A stretch of 64,000 nucleotides of DNA, from the NCBI GenBank assembly GCA_028291705.1, contig JAQGNS010000428.1, positions 9,255-73,254 of the forward strand, given 5' to 3'. Positions within the stretch are counted from its first letter, which is position 1; each line of letters starts with the position of its first letter. The DNA is from Nevskia sp. GTDB lineage: Bacteria; Pseudomonadota; Gammaproteobacteria; Nevskiales; Nevskiaceae. The translations under genes and the position numbers were made by a program. Of the stretch, positions 18,284 to 28,299 are shown in pieces. The notes under the pieces are model-generated. The model had not been told where the DNA came from. It made no database searches and worked only from the letters and a program-made list of their open reading frames with translations.

Positions 18284-19156
18284 TTACTTCAGAAAAGCAC
18301 TGACAAGCTTGATCACCGCTGACGGGTTTTCCTCCATGATCCAGTGACCGGAATCGGGAAGAATCTCCTCCCGTACATCGGTTGCGGCGAAGCGCATTAC
18401 CGCCGCCATCATCGCCCCGAATGTCGCCTGAGCGCCGATCGCCAGCACCGGCATCGCGAGCTTGCCCTTTGCGAGATAGGTTTTGCTGTCGGCGGCATCT
18501 TGGGCAAAGGCCGCAAACTGGGCAAAGCCCGCGCGCATTGCACTAGGCTGGGCATAGAGGGCTGCGTAGTGCCGCCGGGCTTCTTCGTCGAAACACTTCG
18601 GGTCGATCGAGAACTCGTTCCAGAAGCGATCGAGGTAGATTCGCTCGCGGCCATCGACGAGGCGCTCCATGTCGGGACCGCGGAAGCCGAAATGCCACAT
18701 CGAGGGCTCCTTGAGCACTTCATCCCATGGACCCACCCCCGGCAAAGGCGCATCAATCGGTACGAAACGGCGGACCCGCTCAGGGTTCTGGGAGGCAAAG
18801 GCGTATCCAACCATGTTGCCGAGGTCGTGGGTCACGAAATCGGCTTGCTGCACGCCCAAGGCATCCATCACACCCGCCACGTCTCCCGCCTGCGTCTTCT
18901 TGTCGTAACCCCCATCCGGCTTGGATGAAAGGCCCAGACCCCGCAGGTCCGGAACGATAACCGTGTGATCCCAGACCAGCGCCGAGGCAAGAGGCCCCCA
19001 TTGATCACCGGTGGTGCCGAAACCGTGAAGCAGGACGACGGCCGGACCATGGCCGCCATGCCTGACGTGGATGATGGCGCCATTGGTTTCGACCTTGCGG
19101 ATTTGGAATTCGGCGGGGAACGGAATCAGGCTCTTGCGCTGGGTTTCGAGACTCAT
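18284..19156 (-). CDS. Alpha/beta hydrolase, epoxide hydrolase/dehalogenase-like
   Basis: LLHGFG, PDLRGLG, Asp nucleophile VTHDLG, GHWIMEE. Confidence 0.9.
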   Translation of the reverse strand: MSLETQRKSLIPFPAEFQIRKVETNGAIIHVRHGGHGPAVVLLHGFGTTGDQWGPLASALVWDHTVIVPDLRGLGLSSKPDGGYDKKTQAGDVAGVMDALGVQQADFVTHDLGNMVGYAFASQNPERVRRFVPIDAPLPGVGPWDEVLKEPSMWHFGFRGPDMERLVDGRERIYLDRFWNEFSIDPKCFDEEARRHYAALYAQPSAMRAGFAQFAAFAQDAADSKTYLAKGKLAMPVLAIGAQATFGAMMAAVMRFAATDVREEILPDSGHWIMEENPSAVIKLVSAFLK

Positions 19157-19227
19157 GGGTTCTGCTCCTCTTGGCTCTAGGAATGTTGCGAACGTCTCCC
19201 CGCGTATTTGTCGGGGCGCGAGATATA

Positions 19228-19245
19228 TTAGAACAAACGTTCTAA
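19228..19245. promoter_or_regulatory. Palindromic operator, probably for the adjacent TetR
   Basis: TTAGAAC-AAAC-GTTCTAA between the divergent hydrolase and TetR genes. Confidence 0.65.
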
Positions 19246-19292
19246 AATGCAATACTATAAATCAACAGCTTTCAGATTTGGAGCAGTCACGA

Positions 19293-19880
19293 ATGCCACG
19301 CCCTCGGGAATTCGACGAGCAGGTCGTCCTCGACGCGGCCACAGAGCGGTTCTGGATGAACGGCTACGAAGCCACATCCGTGCGGGATGTCGCCGATCAG
19401 ATGGGCCTTACCGGAGCCAGCCTGTACAACGCTTTCGGCGACAAGCGGACGCTTTATCGCGTGGTGCTCGATCGATACGCCAAGGCGGCGCTTCAGAGCT
19501 GTGCCGATGCATTCGAGGGCGGAAAACCACCGAAGGTCGCCATCAAGGCGTTTTTCGATGCCACTGTCGCCGAGCTCTTGAACGACCCACAGCACAAAGG
19601 CTGCCTGGTGGTGAATACATCACTTGAGGTCGCCCCACACGACGACGAGTTCCGGGAGGTCGTCAAAGGGGTGTTTGTCCGGATCGAAAAATACGTGCGC
19701 GACTGCATCAAGGCAGGCCAGGCCGATGGAAGCATTTCGACCAAGCAGTCCGCGGCGGACTTGGCGCGACTATTCCTCGCGGCGATCCTGGGCCTTCGGG
19801 TGCTGGCCCGCACCCGACCGGAGCGGGAGCTTTTGACGGGTCTGGTGCGGCCACTTCTGTTGGTGCTGGAAAAGCCCTAG
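19293..19880 (+). CDS. TetR/AcrR family regulator
   Basis: MPRPREFD...FWMNGYEATSV...SLYNAFGDKRTLY; GCLVVN. Confidence 0.93.
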   Translation: MPRPREFDEQVVLDAATERFWMNGYEATSVRDVADQMGLTGASLYNAFGDKRTLYRVVLDRYAKAALQSCADAFEGGKPPKVAIKAFFDATVAELLNDPQHKGCLVVNTSLEVAPHDDEFREVVKGVFVRIEKYVRDCIKAGQADGSISTKQSAADLARLFLAAILGLRVLARTRPERELLTGLVRPLLLVLEKP

Positions 19881-19905
19881 CCGAAAAGTGGCTGACCGCC
19901 AATCC

Positions 19906-20535
19906 TCATCCCAAGGCAGCAGACAGATAGGGTTGCAACAGTTTCACGGTCTCCTTCTCGATCTCCCCGGACCGAAGCCAATCAGGCGCCTCGACCACCG
20001 CCCGATGGGTCAAGGCTTCGACGCTGGTTTCCAGGACCAGCGCGATCATCCTTGCGCGGGAAGCGGATAAGCCGGGCGCCCTGCGTCGCAAGAACTCCTC
20101 GATCATGCCCTGGAGCTTGCTGCTCGCGTCCAGGGCTTTGCCTAGAAGCTTGTCTCGGGGCACCTGCTCGAACAGAACTTTGTGCAAGGCTGGATCGATC
20201 CGGTGGGCCTCGACGCCAGCGTGGATGATGGCGCGGAGGGCTATTTCCATCGGCGCATCGGCGTGAACCTCAAGCGCAGCTCCCACGGTGCTCAAAATCA
20301 ACTCGACGTGGTCCCGGATCAAGGCGGCGACGAGCGATTCTTTGTTGGGGAAGTATTGATATAGCGTTCCGATGCTCACGCCGGCACGTTTTGCGACCGC
20401 ATCAGTCGTCGTGCTCTGGTATCCGGAAGCCACTAAAACCTGAGCCGTTGCTTCCAGAATGGCCTTGACTGTCAACCTCGATCGAGCCTGGACGGGCTCC
20501 TTTCTCGGTGAAAGACGGGTGGTTTTCGCCGGCAT
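19906..20535 (-). CDS. TetR/AcrR family regulator
   Basis: RKEPVQARS...ILEATAQVL...VAKRAGVSIGTLYQYFPNKESL. Confidence 0.93.
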   Translation of the reverse strand: MPAKTTRLSPRKEPVQARSRLTVKAILEATAQVLVASGYQSTTTDAVAKRAGVSIGTLYQYFPNKESLVAALIRDHVELILSTVGAALEVHADAPMEIALRAIIHAGVEAHRIDPALHKVLFEQVPRDKLLGKALDASSKLQGMIEEFLRRRAPGLSASRARMIALVLETSVEALTHRAVVEAPDWLRSGEIEKETVKLLQPYLSAALG

Positions 20536-20621
20536 CTGCGTTCTCTTCCAAAATGCGAGTGCCAAAACTGAGATATTCCTCGCATTATAGGTTAGACCTG
20601 ACCAGCCAGAAATCAAAGTCC

Positions 20622-21581
20622 ATGAAGCGTCTCGACATCACTTTCAAATCCGGCCACGATCAATGCGAGGGCTGGTTGTACCTTCCAGAAGGGGAGGCTC
20701 CGCACCCCTGCATTGTCGTGGCGCACGGAATCGGCGCAATCCGACAGGTGCGCCTCTCCGCCTATGCGGAACGGTTTGCTGCGGCAGGTTACGCGATGCT
20801 GAGTTTCGATTACCGCCATTGGGGGGCAAGCGGTGGTGTGCCTCGCTACCTGTGCTCGATCGGCAGGCAGCTGGATGACATCAGTGCTGCAATCGACGCC
20901 GTGGCCCAAAGGCCGGAGGTCGATGCCAGGCGCATTGCCCTGTTTGGCACATCGTTCGGCGGTGGCCATGCACTGGCCATTGGAGCGCGACGACCTGATC
21001 TGGCAGCGATCATGTCGCAGTGCACGGTTTCGGACTGCCTGGCGGTGGCATTGCGCACCCCCCTGAAGCAGGTTGTTCAATGGGTATCGGCCGGCATTGT
21101 TGATCAGTTGCGCGCCCTGGTCGGCTTGTCGCCCCACTACATCAAACTGGCGGGCGCCCCAGGTGAGGCTGCCATGATGACCAAGTTGGGCGCTGAGGCC
21201 GCTTACGAATCAATGCTGGATGGTCCGTCTCCGTGGCGCAATCTCATTGCGGCTCGGCTGATGTTGACGCTACCGCTTTATAGACCGATCAGGCGCGCGC
21301 GCCAGATCAAGCCGCCTCTGCTCATGATTGTTTGCGAACGCGACGAAATTTGTCCGGCCAAGCTGGCTCACAAGGCCGCGGCTCTGGCCCAGGACGGGCG
21401 AGCGGTGTCGTTCGACTCGTCGCACTTTGAGATTTACTTCGGAAAGCTGTTCGATGCTGCGACAGAGGAAATGATCCGGTTTCTCGATAGCAAGCTTGGT
21501 CGGGAAGACATGGCCGGCAGCGTCCCTAAGATTGCGCGAGCATTCGGTGCCGGTCGAAGCGTGAGCGGGGCACAGCGATGA
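20622..21581 (+). CDS. Alpha/beta hydrolase (Ser nucleophile)
   Basis: VVAHGIG, FDYRHWGASGG, GTSFGG nucleophile elbow, C-terminal SSHF. Confidence 0.88.
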   Translation: MKRLDITFKSGHDQCEGWLYLPEGEAPHPCIVVAHGIGAIRQVRLSAYAERFAAAGYAMLSFDYRHWGASGGVPRYLCSIGRQLDDISAAIDAVAQRPEVDARRIALFGTSFGGGHALAIGARRPDLAAIMSQCTVSDCLAVALRTPLKQVVQWVSAGIVDQLRALVGLSPHYIKLAGAPGEAAMMTKLGAEAAYESMLDGPSPWRNLIAARLMLTLPLYRPIRRARQIKPPLLMIVCERDEICPAKLAHKAAALAQDGRAVSFDSSHFEIYFGKLFDAATEEMIRFLDSKLGREDMAGSVPKIARAFGAGRSVSGAQR

Positions 21582-22000
21582 GCGCTGCCCAAGTCTACCT
21601 TCCTCCTGTATTGGCCATGGTAGCGCTTTCATTCCTGATCGCCTTGAGCATCCTTATTACCCGATTTGTTGATCTGCTCTCCAAGCGTAAGTCCGTGGCT
21701 TATTACGAAGACTGGGACGGGACTGGCGCTTCGGTAGCCGTGATGCGGCCGACGCGGCAACTCACCAATCTGTTTGAGTTCCCGGTGCTGTTCTACACTG
21801 TGGTGGCGATGATCATTGCTGTTGGACTACGGGATTCATGGATGCCCAAGCTGTGCTGGGCATATGTGGCGTTGCGATGGATGCACGCCTTTATCCACAT
21901 TTTCGTTAATCGTTTGTGGATAAGAACCCCAGCCTTCATGGTCGGGCAGTTCGTGTTGCTGGGTATCTGGGTGCGGTTGGGGTTCGTGGTTTTCAACTGA
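21578..22000 (+). CDS. MAPEG-family membrane protein
   Basis: NLFEFPVLFY motif, WAYVALRWMHAFIH, four TM helices; ATGA overlap with the hydrolase. Confidence 0.85.
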   Translation: MSAAQVYLPPVLAMVALSFLIALSILITRFVDLLSKRKSVAYYEDWDGTGASVAVMRPTRQLTNLFEFPVLFYTVVAMIIAVGLRDSWMPKLCWAYVALRWMHAFIHIFVNRLWIRTPAFMVGQFVLLGIWVRLGFVVFN

Positions 22001-22131
22001 GAAATAGCCAGGCAACGGGTGAATGTCTGCTTTTCGTCTGCGAGATCTCGCGGGCGAGTGTCCAGAGTTGGCACGAAGCCGCCTTGGCACACAAAATTCG
22101 GGAGGCACCAGCTGAGACATTTCCCAGGCTT

Positions 22132-23691
22132 TCACTCAACTGAAAACTCTCCAACCCACCTTGAACCGTCGTAACTCAGGATGGTGCCGGCTGAAGTAAC
22201 GCAGCCCAGGCGCCTGAAGTCCGGATCGTGCAGCACGGTGCCGCATCCCTTCACCGGTTCTCCATCGGTCGTCCATTGGTCGGCTGTCGCGTTGTACTTC
22301 ATCGACTGCAGTGAGGAGCTGCCCGCTGCGGCGTTCCACAGGACGGCCCGGCCATCCGTCAGGCTGGCAAAGAATACGTCGGCATGCCCGGACGGCAGCG
22401 CAGCATGCCGCTGCCAAGTGACGCCCTCGTCGGTGGAGATGGCAAGGTCGGAGGAGAACGTACCGACGTGGTATGCGGTAATCAGGCCCGATGAGGGCGC
22501 GACGAAGAAGTTGGTGACGGCGATAGGCGGCACCAACTTGGCCCAAGCCAGCGTGGCCAGGTCGAGCACGTAGAGATCGTGGGACGCGCCGATGTAGAGC
22601 CTATTGCCGAAGGACTGCGCGGCGTACGACAGCGACGGCGGCCACGGCAGCCCGTCGAGCGGGATTTCGCGGAGTAGCGCGGCGGCGGCGGCGTTGCCCG
22701 GCGCGGTGTAGAGCTTTAGCCGGTCGGCGACGATGACATTCGACGCGTGCGTGAGGTGCTCGGTGACGAGGATGAGCCGGCCGTTGGATGACTCCACGTC
22801 GAGGACCGGTTCGTTCCCGGCGACGGAGGCGACGATGCGCCAGGTGCGGCCCTGGTCCAGACTCTGCCGCACCACGCCATTCTCCGCTCCGGCGTACCAG
22901 GCGCCGCCGGCGATACGCACCGCCGAGATCCGACTCAGCGTGCCGGTGTCGATCGCGTCCCAGGTACCATTGGCACGGCGCACGCGGATCTGACCCAGGC
23001 CGCCGCCATAGTAGAGCGCGTCCATGGCGCCGGCGGCGGGCTTGCGGTATTGCGGCGGCGTGGCGAGCTTGGCCAAGTGGAAGAACTCGTCGATCTGGTG
23101 CGCATTACGCAGCTGCTTTTCCATGGAAGGCCGGTTGGCCTCCCAGACAACGCCGTTGACGATGTCCCCTACCAGCCCGAGGTTCGAATGCGCCGGGCCG
23201 CCCTGGGTCCATGGCAGGGGCACGACTTTCGGATCCCATTCGATGGGCTGCTGCGAGACCAGAGACGGCCGCAACGAGACCAGCGCGCCCTCGATCGCCT
23301 TGTCCGCCTCGGGGTGATGCACCGGCAGAGTCACTGTCTGGTAGTTGCCGACGGAGATGGATAGGATGCTGCCGAGGTCGGTGACGCGGCCGGCCACCAC
23401 CTTGACCAGCGGATAGGCGTCACCGTCGGAGCCCTCCCAACCGTCGAGCCGGTAGGTGCCCTGCGGCAACCACACGCCGCTCGTGGTGATCTCGGAAGAC
23501 CAGTCCAGCTTGAGGTAGCCGGTGGCCTCGCCGTTCACCTGCTTTAGCGTGATCCGGCCGACTTGCCGCTGCGGGAAATTGGCGTAGACGTACCCGTTGG
23601 ACTTGCCAATGTCCGCCTGTGGCGCCCGGGAGGTATCCGCGCAACCGCACAGGCTAAGCAGGAACAGCAACGCCGGGATGGTCTTATTCAT
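22132..23691 (-). CDS. Large lipoprotein with BNR/Asp-box repeats (probable beta-propeller)
   Basis: MNKTIPALLFLLSLCGC lipobox; SLDQGRTW and STDEGVTW Asp-box repeats. Confidence 0.75.
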   Translation of the reverse strand: MNKTIPALLFLLSLCGCADTSRAPQADIGKSNGYVYANFPQRQVGRITLKQVNGEATGYLKLDWSSEITTSGVWLPQGTYRLDGWEGSDGDAYPLVKVVAGRVTDLGSILSISVGNYQTVTLPVHHPEADKAIEGALVSLRPSLVSQQPIEWDPKVVPLPWTQGGPAHSNLGLVGDIVNGVVWEANRPSMEKQLRNAHQIDEFFHLAKLATPPQYRKPAAGAMDALYYGGGLGQIRVRRANGTWDAIDTGTLSRISAVRIAGGAWYAGAENGVVRQSLDQGRTWRIVASVAGNEPVLDVESSNGRLILVTEHLTHASNVIVADRLKLYTAPGNAAAAALLREIPLDGLPWPPSLSYAAQSFGNRLYIGASHDLYVLDLATLAWAKLVPPIAVTNFFVAPSSGLITAYHVGTFSSDLAISTDEGVTWQRHAALPSGHADVFFASLTDGRAVLWNAAAGSSSLQSMKYNATADQWTTDGEPVKGCGTVLHDPDFRRLGCVTSAGTILSYDGSRWVGEFSVE

Positions 23692-24018
23692 CGATATTGC
23701 CTTCGGGCGAAGGCAGCATTTTATCGATCTTTCCTTCCGCGGAGCGAATGCGTGCGACCGCTTTGGGCCGCACAGTAGACATGGCCCCATTTCCTAAAAG
23801 CGGCCGTCTCGAGTCAGCCCATTCCGGTCGGCGGCGTACGTCTGCTTTCGGTGTTCCAAATTCATGTCTGCAATGCAGGCCCAAAGCACGGACGATCGAA
23901 TTTTCAACTCAACGAAATCTAAAACGACCGCATACTGACGGCCAGGGCACTTCTCCCTAAGATCATGAAACGCTGTAGATTCTCTAGGTTCTGGACCCTG
24001 GCCGCCTCTCCAGATAGC

Positions 24019-25293
24019 CTAGCTATTCTCAAGCAGCGCCACGGTACCGTGGCCGCCATCGGCGCAGACACTGACGATGGCCTTGGAGCCCTTGGGCATC
24101 ACCGCCAGTTCCTTGATCGCCTGGCTCAGATCGCGCGCACCCGTGGCACCGAACGGATGGCCGATCGCTACTGAGCCGCCGTTGGGGTTGACGCGCTCAC
24201 GCGGGAAACGGCCGAAGTCGCGCTTGATGCCGACGCGCTCGGCGATCCAGCTCGGGTTCTCCAGCGCTGCGATGTTCGCCAGCACCTGCGAAGTGAAAGC
24301 CTCGTGGATCTCCCACAGGGCGATGTCTTCGTACTTCAGCCCGTGGCGATCCAGCAGGCGTGGGATAGCGAAGGGCGGGGCCATCAGCAGCCCATCCGCC
24401 TTCCAGTCAACCGCCGCCACCTCGTAGTCCAGCAGCTTCGCCGTTGGGATGCTGCTGTCCAGACGCTTCAGGCCCTGCGTCGAAGCGACCCACAGACCGG
24501 CGGCGCCGTCGGTGATCGGCGTGGAATTACCAGCAGTCAAGGTGCCTTTGCCGCTCTTCTTGTCGAAGACCGGTTGCAGGGAAGCCAGCTTCTCGAGCGT
24601 CGTGTCGCCACGCACGTTGGCGTCCTTCGCCAATTCGGGCAGCTGGATCACCAGATCGGAGAAGAACCCGCTCTCCCAGCCCGCCGCAGCGCGCTTGTGG
24701 GTGTGGTACGCCCACTCATCCTGCGCCTCGCGCGTGATGTTCCAGTCCTTGGCGGTGATCTCCATGTGCTCGCCCATGGTCATGCCGGTGATCCGATTGG
24801 CGAAGCCCTTCACTGGCAGAACGAAGTCGGTTGGTTTCAGCTGACTCAGCGCCGCCAGCGCCTCCGCCGGGTTCTTGGCGAAGAGGCTGCGCAGATGATC
24901 CTGCGCCGCAGCGGTCAGGCCGATCGGCCCACGGCTCATCGTCTCGGCGCCGCCCACCAGGGCCACATCGACATCCGGCCCGATCATGCCGGCGGCGGCG
25001 AAGGCGGCCGTCATGCTGGTCGAGCAAGCCAGCACCACCGAGTAGGCCGGCACGGTCGGATCGAGCTTGGCATCCAGCCAGATCTCTCGGGCCAGGTTGC
25101 TCCAACCCAGGTTCGGAATTACGGTGCCCCACAGCAGCAGGTCAGGCCGCTGGTTGGCGATCTGCTTGGCCATGGCCTGCACCACCGGCACCGACAAAGT
25201 CAGCGCATCGTAGTGCGCGAGCGCGCCGCCACCGCGGCCGAAGGGGGTACGCAAGCCGGCCGCGAGATAAACATCCTGTTTGAAGCGTGACAT
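24019..25293 (-). CDS. Thiolase (acetyl-CoA C-acyltransferase), HEAF type
   Basis: LRTPFGR, LACSTSM nucleophile Cys, EIHEAF, GHPFGATG, VSVCADGG. Confidence 0.93.
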   Translation of the reverse strand: MSRFKQDVYLAAGLRTPFGRGGGALAHYDALTLSVPVVQAMAKQIANQRPDLLLWGTVIPNLGWSNLAREIWLDAKLDPTVPAYSVVLACSTSMTAAFAAAGMIGPDVDVALVGGAETMSRGPIGLTAAAQDHLRSLFAKNPAEALAALSQLKPTDFVLPVKGFANRITGMTMGEHMEITAKDWNITREAQDEWAYHTHKRAAAGWESGFFSDLVIQLPELAKDANVRGDTTLEKLASLQPVFDKKSGKGTLTAGNSTPITDGAAGLWVASTQGLKRLDSSIPTAKLLDYEVAAVDWKADGLLMAPPFAIPRLLDRHGLKYEDIALWEIHEAFTSQVLANIAALENPSWIAERVGIKRDFGRFPRERVNPNGGSVAIGHPFGATGARDLSQAIKELAVMPKGSKAIVSVCADGGHGTVALLENS

Positions 25294-25444
25294 GGTGAGC
25301 TCCTTTGTTTCGCCAGTAGTGAAGGTCTTTTGATTCGCGTGCATCTATTTATTTCGGAAAAGCCGCATGCGCTGATACTTCTGTGTGCCGCTTTGCTGCT
25401 GTCACTGCAGATCCGCCCAGGCAGGGTTCGACTGTGCCCCAGCT

Positions 25445-25960
25445 TCAAGCGCGTGGCGAATCGATGAAATCCAGTTGTCCGAGAAAATCCATTTTTCCGA
25501 GATCCACGCCGTTGTGGCGGAGGATCGCGTAGCCCATGGCGGCATGGAAAAACACGTTCGGGATGGTGATTTGCTTCAGATAATCGGAGGCTCGCATGAC
25601 CTTGCCCTGCTTCCAGGGCAAGGTGAGATAGCGGTCAGCCGCATCGGCATAGGCTTCTTTCGGAACGCTCTCGGCGAAGGTCACCGTCTTGCGAATGCGC
25701 TCGCGCAGTTCGTCGATGGTCTTTTCGTTGTCCTCGTACTTCGGCGGCCGCTGCCCGGTCAGCCACCCGGCTGCGGCCTTGACGTAGTCCGAGGCGCTTT
25801 GCACCTGGTAGGTGAACGGCCGCATGTCCGGCGCCAGCCGGCCGTCCATGAAAATGTTGACATCGAGCTTCCTGGCTGCGGCGTGCTGTTCGGCCTTGTC
25901 GAGCCAAACCGCCATCTGCTTGAAGTTGTCAATGCACTGCGAAACGAGCAGGTAATACAT
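25445..25960 (-). CDS. DUF1993 family protein
   Basis: RLAPDMRPFTYQVQSASD and PNVFFHAAMGYAILRHNGVDLGKMDFLG. Confidence 0.88.
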   Translation of the reverse strand: MYYLLVSQCIDNFKQMAVWLDKAEQHAAARKLDVNIFMDGRLAPDMRPFTYQVQSASDYVKAAAGWLTGQRPPKYEDNEKTIDELRERIRKTVTFAESVPKEAYADAADRYLTLPWKQGKVMRASDYLKQITIPNVFFHAAMGYAILRHNGVDLGKMDFLGQLDFIDSPRA

Positions 25961-26054
25961 CCGGTTTCTCCTGGAGCGCCGCATCACGGCGCAACACTGC
26001 TCTGCGCCGAACCAAGCGAGTGCAGTCCTGCGCTCGCGTCGCCCATCACGGACA

Positions 26055-26666
26055 TCAAGCCATCGCCGCTGCAGCCGACGCCTTCGAGGCAGGAAGGTTG
26101 ACCATCTTGGCGATGCGGTCCCGGGTCACACGCAAGATCCGCTCGGACAACTCAGGATCGTCGACCACCCGCGACATCGTCAACGCGCCGATCATGTTGG
26201 TCAGCACATTCATGGCCGCGTCGTTCCCGTCCTCGCCCTTCTGCCGGCGGATATACGGCGCCAGGCTTCCAAAGATCTTCTGAAAGGCTTCGGTTGCGCT
26301 GCGGCGCGTTGCATCGTCGGCGCGCACCAGCTCGCTGCCGTTCGCGGCCAACGGGCAGCCGTGCTCGATATCGTCGCGATACGCCGGCGACACGTAGTTC
26401 TGGAAGTGCTTCACGATCGCTTCCACACCCTGCTCGGCGGCGTCCTGCGAGGCAACGACCAAATCATCCAGGCTCTTGGCGATCGCCTCGAACACCAGCT
26501 GCTCCTTCGACTCGAAGTGGCGATAGAACCCACCGTGGGTCAATCCCACCTCGGACATGATCTCGGCCACGCCGGTGGCGTCGATGCCGTGGCCCCGAAA
26601 CGCCTGGGATGCCACATCGACGATCCGCTTACGCGTCTGCGCTGTTTCGGCTTTTGACTTCTTCAT
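26055..26666 (-). CDS. TetR/AcrR family regulator divergent from the RND operon
   Basis: TRKRIVDVASQAFRGHG...GLTHGGFYRHFESKEQL; GCPLAA. Confidence 0.93.
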   Translation of the reverse strand: MKKSKAETAQTRKRIVDVASQAFRGHGIDATGVAEIMSEVGLTHGGFYRHFESKEQLVFEAIAKSLDDLVVASQDAAEQGVEAIVKHFQNYVSPAYRDDIEHGCPLAANGSELVRADDATRRSATEAFQKIFGSLAPYIRRQKGEDGNDAAMNVLTNMIGALTMSRVVDDPELSERILRVTRDRIAKMVNLPASKASAAAAMA

Positions 26667-26750
26667 CTTCGTTCTCCTTGCCGATCGATGGCTCTTTCCA
26701 TCGCCTCGGCCTGCATCTGCGCCTGCAAATCATCCGGGGCGCATAGCCGG

Positions 26751-26864
26751 ATAGATGATAAGTATTAACATAACAACGGTTTAGTGTAAAGCCGTCATCT
26801 AACACTTGACAGGATAGATGATGGGTCTTAACTTACCCCTCAGATAGTGAACTTTCGTCATCTA
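26751..26864. promoter_or_regulatory. RND operon promoter with repeated TAGATGA/TCATCTA operator half-sites
   Basis: TAGATGA at 26752 and 26815, TCATCTA at 26795 and 26858. TTGACA (26806-26811), 17 bp, TAACTT. Confidence 0.6.
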
Positions 26865-26976
26865 ACGGTGGGTCCCAAAGCCAGCCGGGGGATGAGGGGG
26901 AGGAAGGAATCAACAAGCACCGCCGCCCTCGCAGGGACGGTGCAGGGACCACCAAAGACTGAGTGAGGTTTGTGCC

Positions 26977-28221
26977 ATGAATACCAATGTCAATGAAGTG
27001 AATGTCGGTACAGCTGTTTCCCGCCGCCCGGCCAAGTCGGACGTCAAGGTATGGGTCGGTTCGGGTGCGGCGGTGGCAGGCCTGGTTCTGGCCGCCGTCG
27101 TGGGTCTGCACACCAGCGCCACCGCCAGCGCCGCTCCGGTAGAACTGCCGGCAGTCGGGGTCAGCGCCCCGCTGCAGCGTGACCTGGATACTCAGCTCTC
27201 CTTCCTGGGGCAGTATTCCGCGGTGGAGAAGGTCGAACTGCGCGCCCAGGTGGGCGGCACGCTGACCGAGATCCACTTCAAGGACGGCGACGTCGTCAAA
27301 AAGGGCGACCTGCTGTTCGTCATTGACGCCGAGCCTTACCAGATCAAGCTGGCCCAGGCAGCGGCGCAGCTCGAAGCCGCCAAGGCCCGTTACAACTTGG
27401 CTACCCGTGAGATGGCCCGCGCCGAAACCCTGAAGTCCACCGACGCCGGCTCGGCCGAGAACGTGGAGCAACGCCTGGCCGACAAGCTGTCCGCCCAGGC
27501 TGCGGTTGATGGCGCCCAGGCGGCGGTGCGCGATGCCCGCTTCGATCTGGACCGCACCCGCGTCACCGCGCCGTTCACCGGCCGCATCGGCAACCATCAG
27601 GTCTCCGTCGGCAACCTCGTCGCCGGCAGCCGCGCCGCGACCAGCCCGACCACGCTGCTGACCACGCTGGTGTCCCTGGACCCGATCTACCTGGACTTCG
27701 ACATGAGCGAAGCCGACTACAACACCTATCTGCGCAGCCATGAAACGGCCCGCGGCCAGGACCAGGTGACCGTTTCCTCCGGCGATTCCACCGACTTCAG
27801 CCGTGAGGGCAAGCTGGACTTCATCGACAACACGCTGGACCGCTCCAGCGGCACCATCCATGCCCGCGCCGTCATCGCCAACAACGACCTGCAGTTGACC
27901 GCGGGTGGGTTCGGGCGGGTGCGTCTGTCGATGACGAAGCCGGCGACGACCTTATTGGTGCCTGACGCGGCCGTGCTGCCGGATCAGTCCAGCCACGTCG
28001 TGCTGACCGTGGACCAGGACGGCACGGTCTCGTCGAAGCAGGTACAGGTGGGTGATCTGCGCGGGGGGCTGCGCGTCATCCGCTCCGGCCTGCAGCCGAC
28101 CGATCGCGTCGTCATCGACGGCATCCCGACGGCGCATCCGGGCGCGAAGGTCGCTCCCCACGCCGGGACGATCGCCTACGCGGACGACAAGGTTGGCGCC
28201 GTGCAAGTCGGCATGCAGTAA
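26977..28221 (+). CDS. RND efflux periplasmic adaptor (MFP)
   Basis: N-terminal TM, VELRAQVGG, GDVVKKGDLLFVID, TRVTAPFTGRIG, FIDNTLDRSSGTI. Confidence 0.95.
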   Translation: MNTNVNEVNVGTAVSRRPAKSDVKVWVGSGAAVAGLVLAAVVGLHTSATASAAPVELPAVGVSAPLQRDLDTQLSFLGQYSAVEKVELRAQVGGTLTEIHFKDGDVVKKGDLLFVIDAEPYQIKLAQAAAQLEAAKARYNLATREMARAETLKSTDAGSAENVEQRLADKLSAQAAVDGAQAAVRDARFDLDRTRVTAPFTGRIGNHQVSVGNLVAGSRAATSPTTLLTTLVSLDPIYLDFDMSEADYNTYLRSHETARGQDQVTVSSGDSTDFSREGKLDFIDNTLDRSSGTIHARAVIANNDLQLTAGGFGRVRLSMTKPATTLLVPDAAVLPDQSSHVVLTVDQDGTVSSKQVQVGDLRGGLRVIRSGLQPTDRVVIDGIPTAHPGAKVAPHAGTIAYADDKVGAVQVGMQ

Positions 28222-28299
28222 AGCCCGATGGGGCACTGACCCGGCTGGGCACGCACCCAGCCGGGCTTTCAACTGGGACATCTTGACGGAGCTATAACA

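Noticed and set aside
21891-21923. Two perfect DnaA boxes in inverted orientation (TTATCCACA, TGTGGATAA)
   Set aside because: Inside the MAPEG CDS, explained by the codons for FIH and LWI; no AT-rich unwinding region or initiator nearby.
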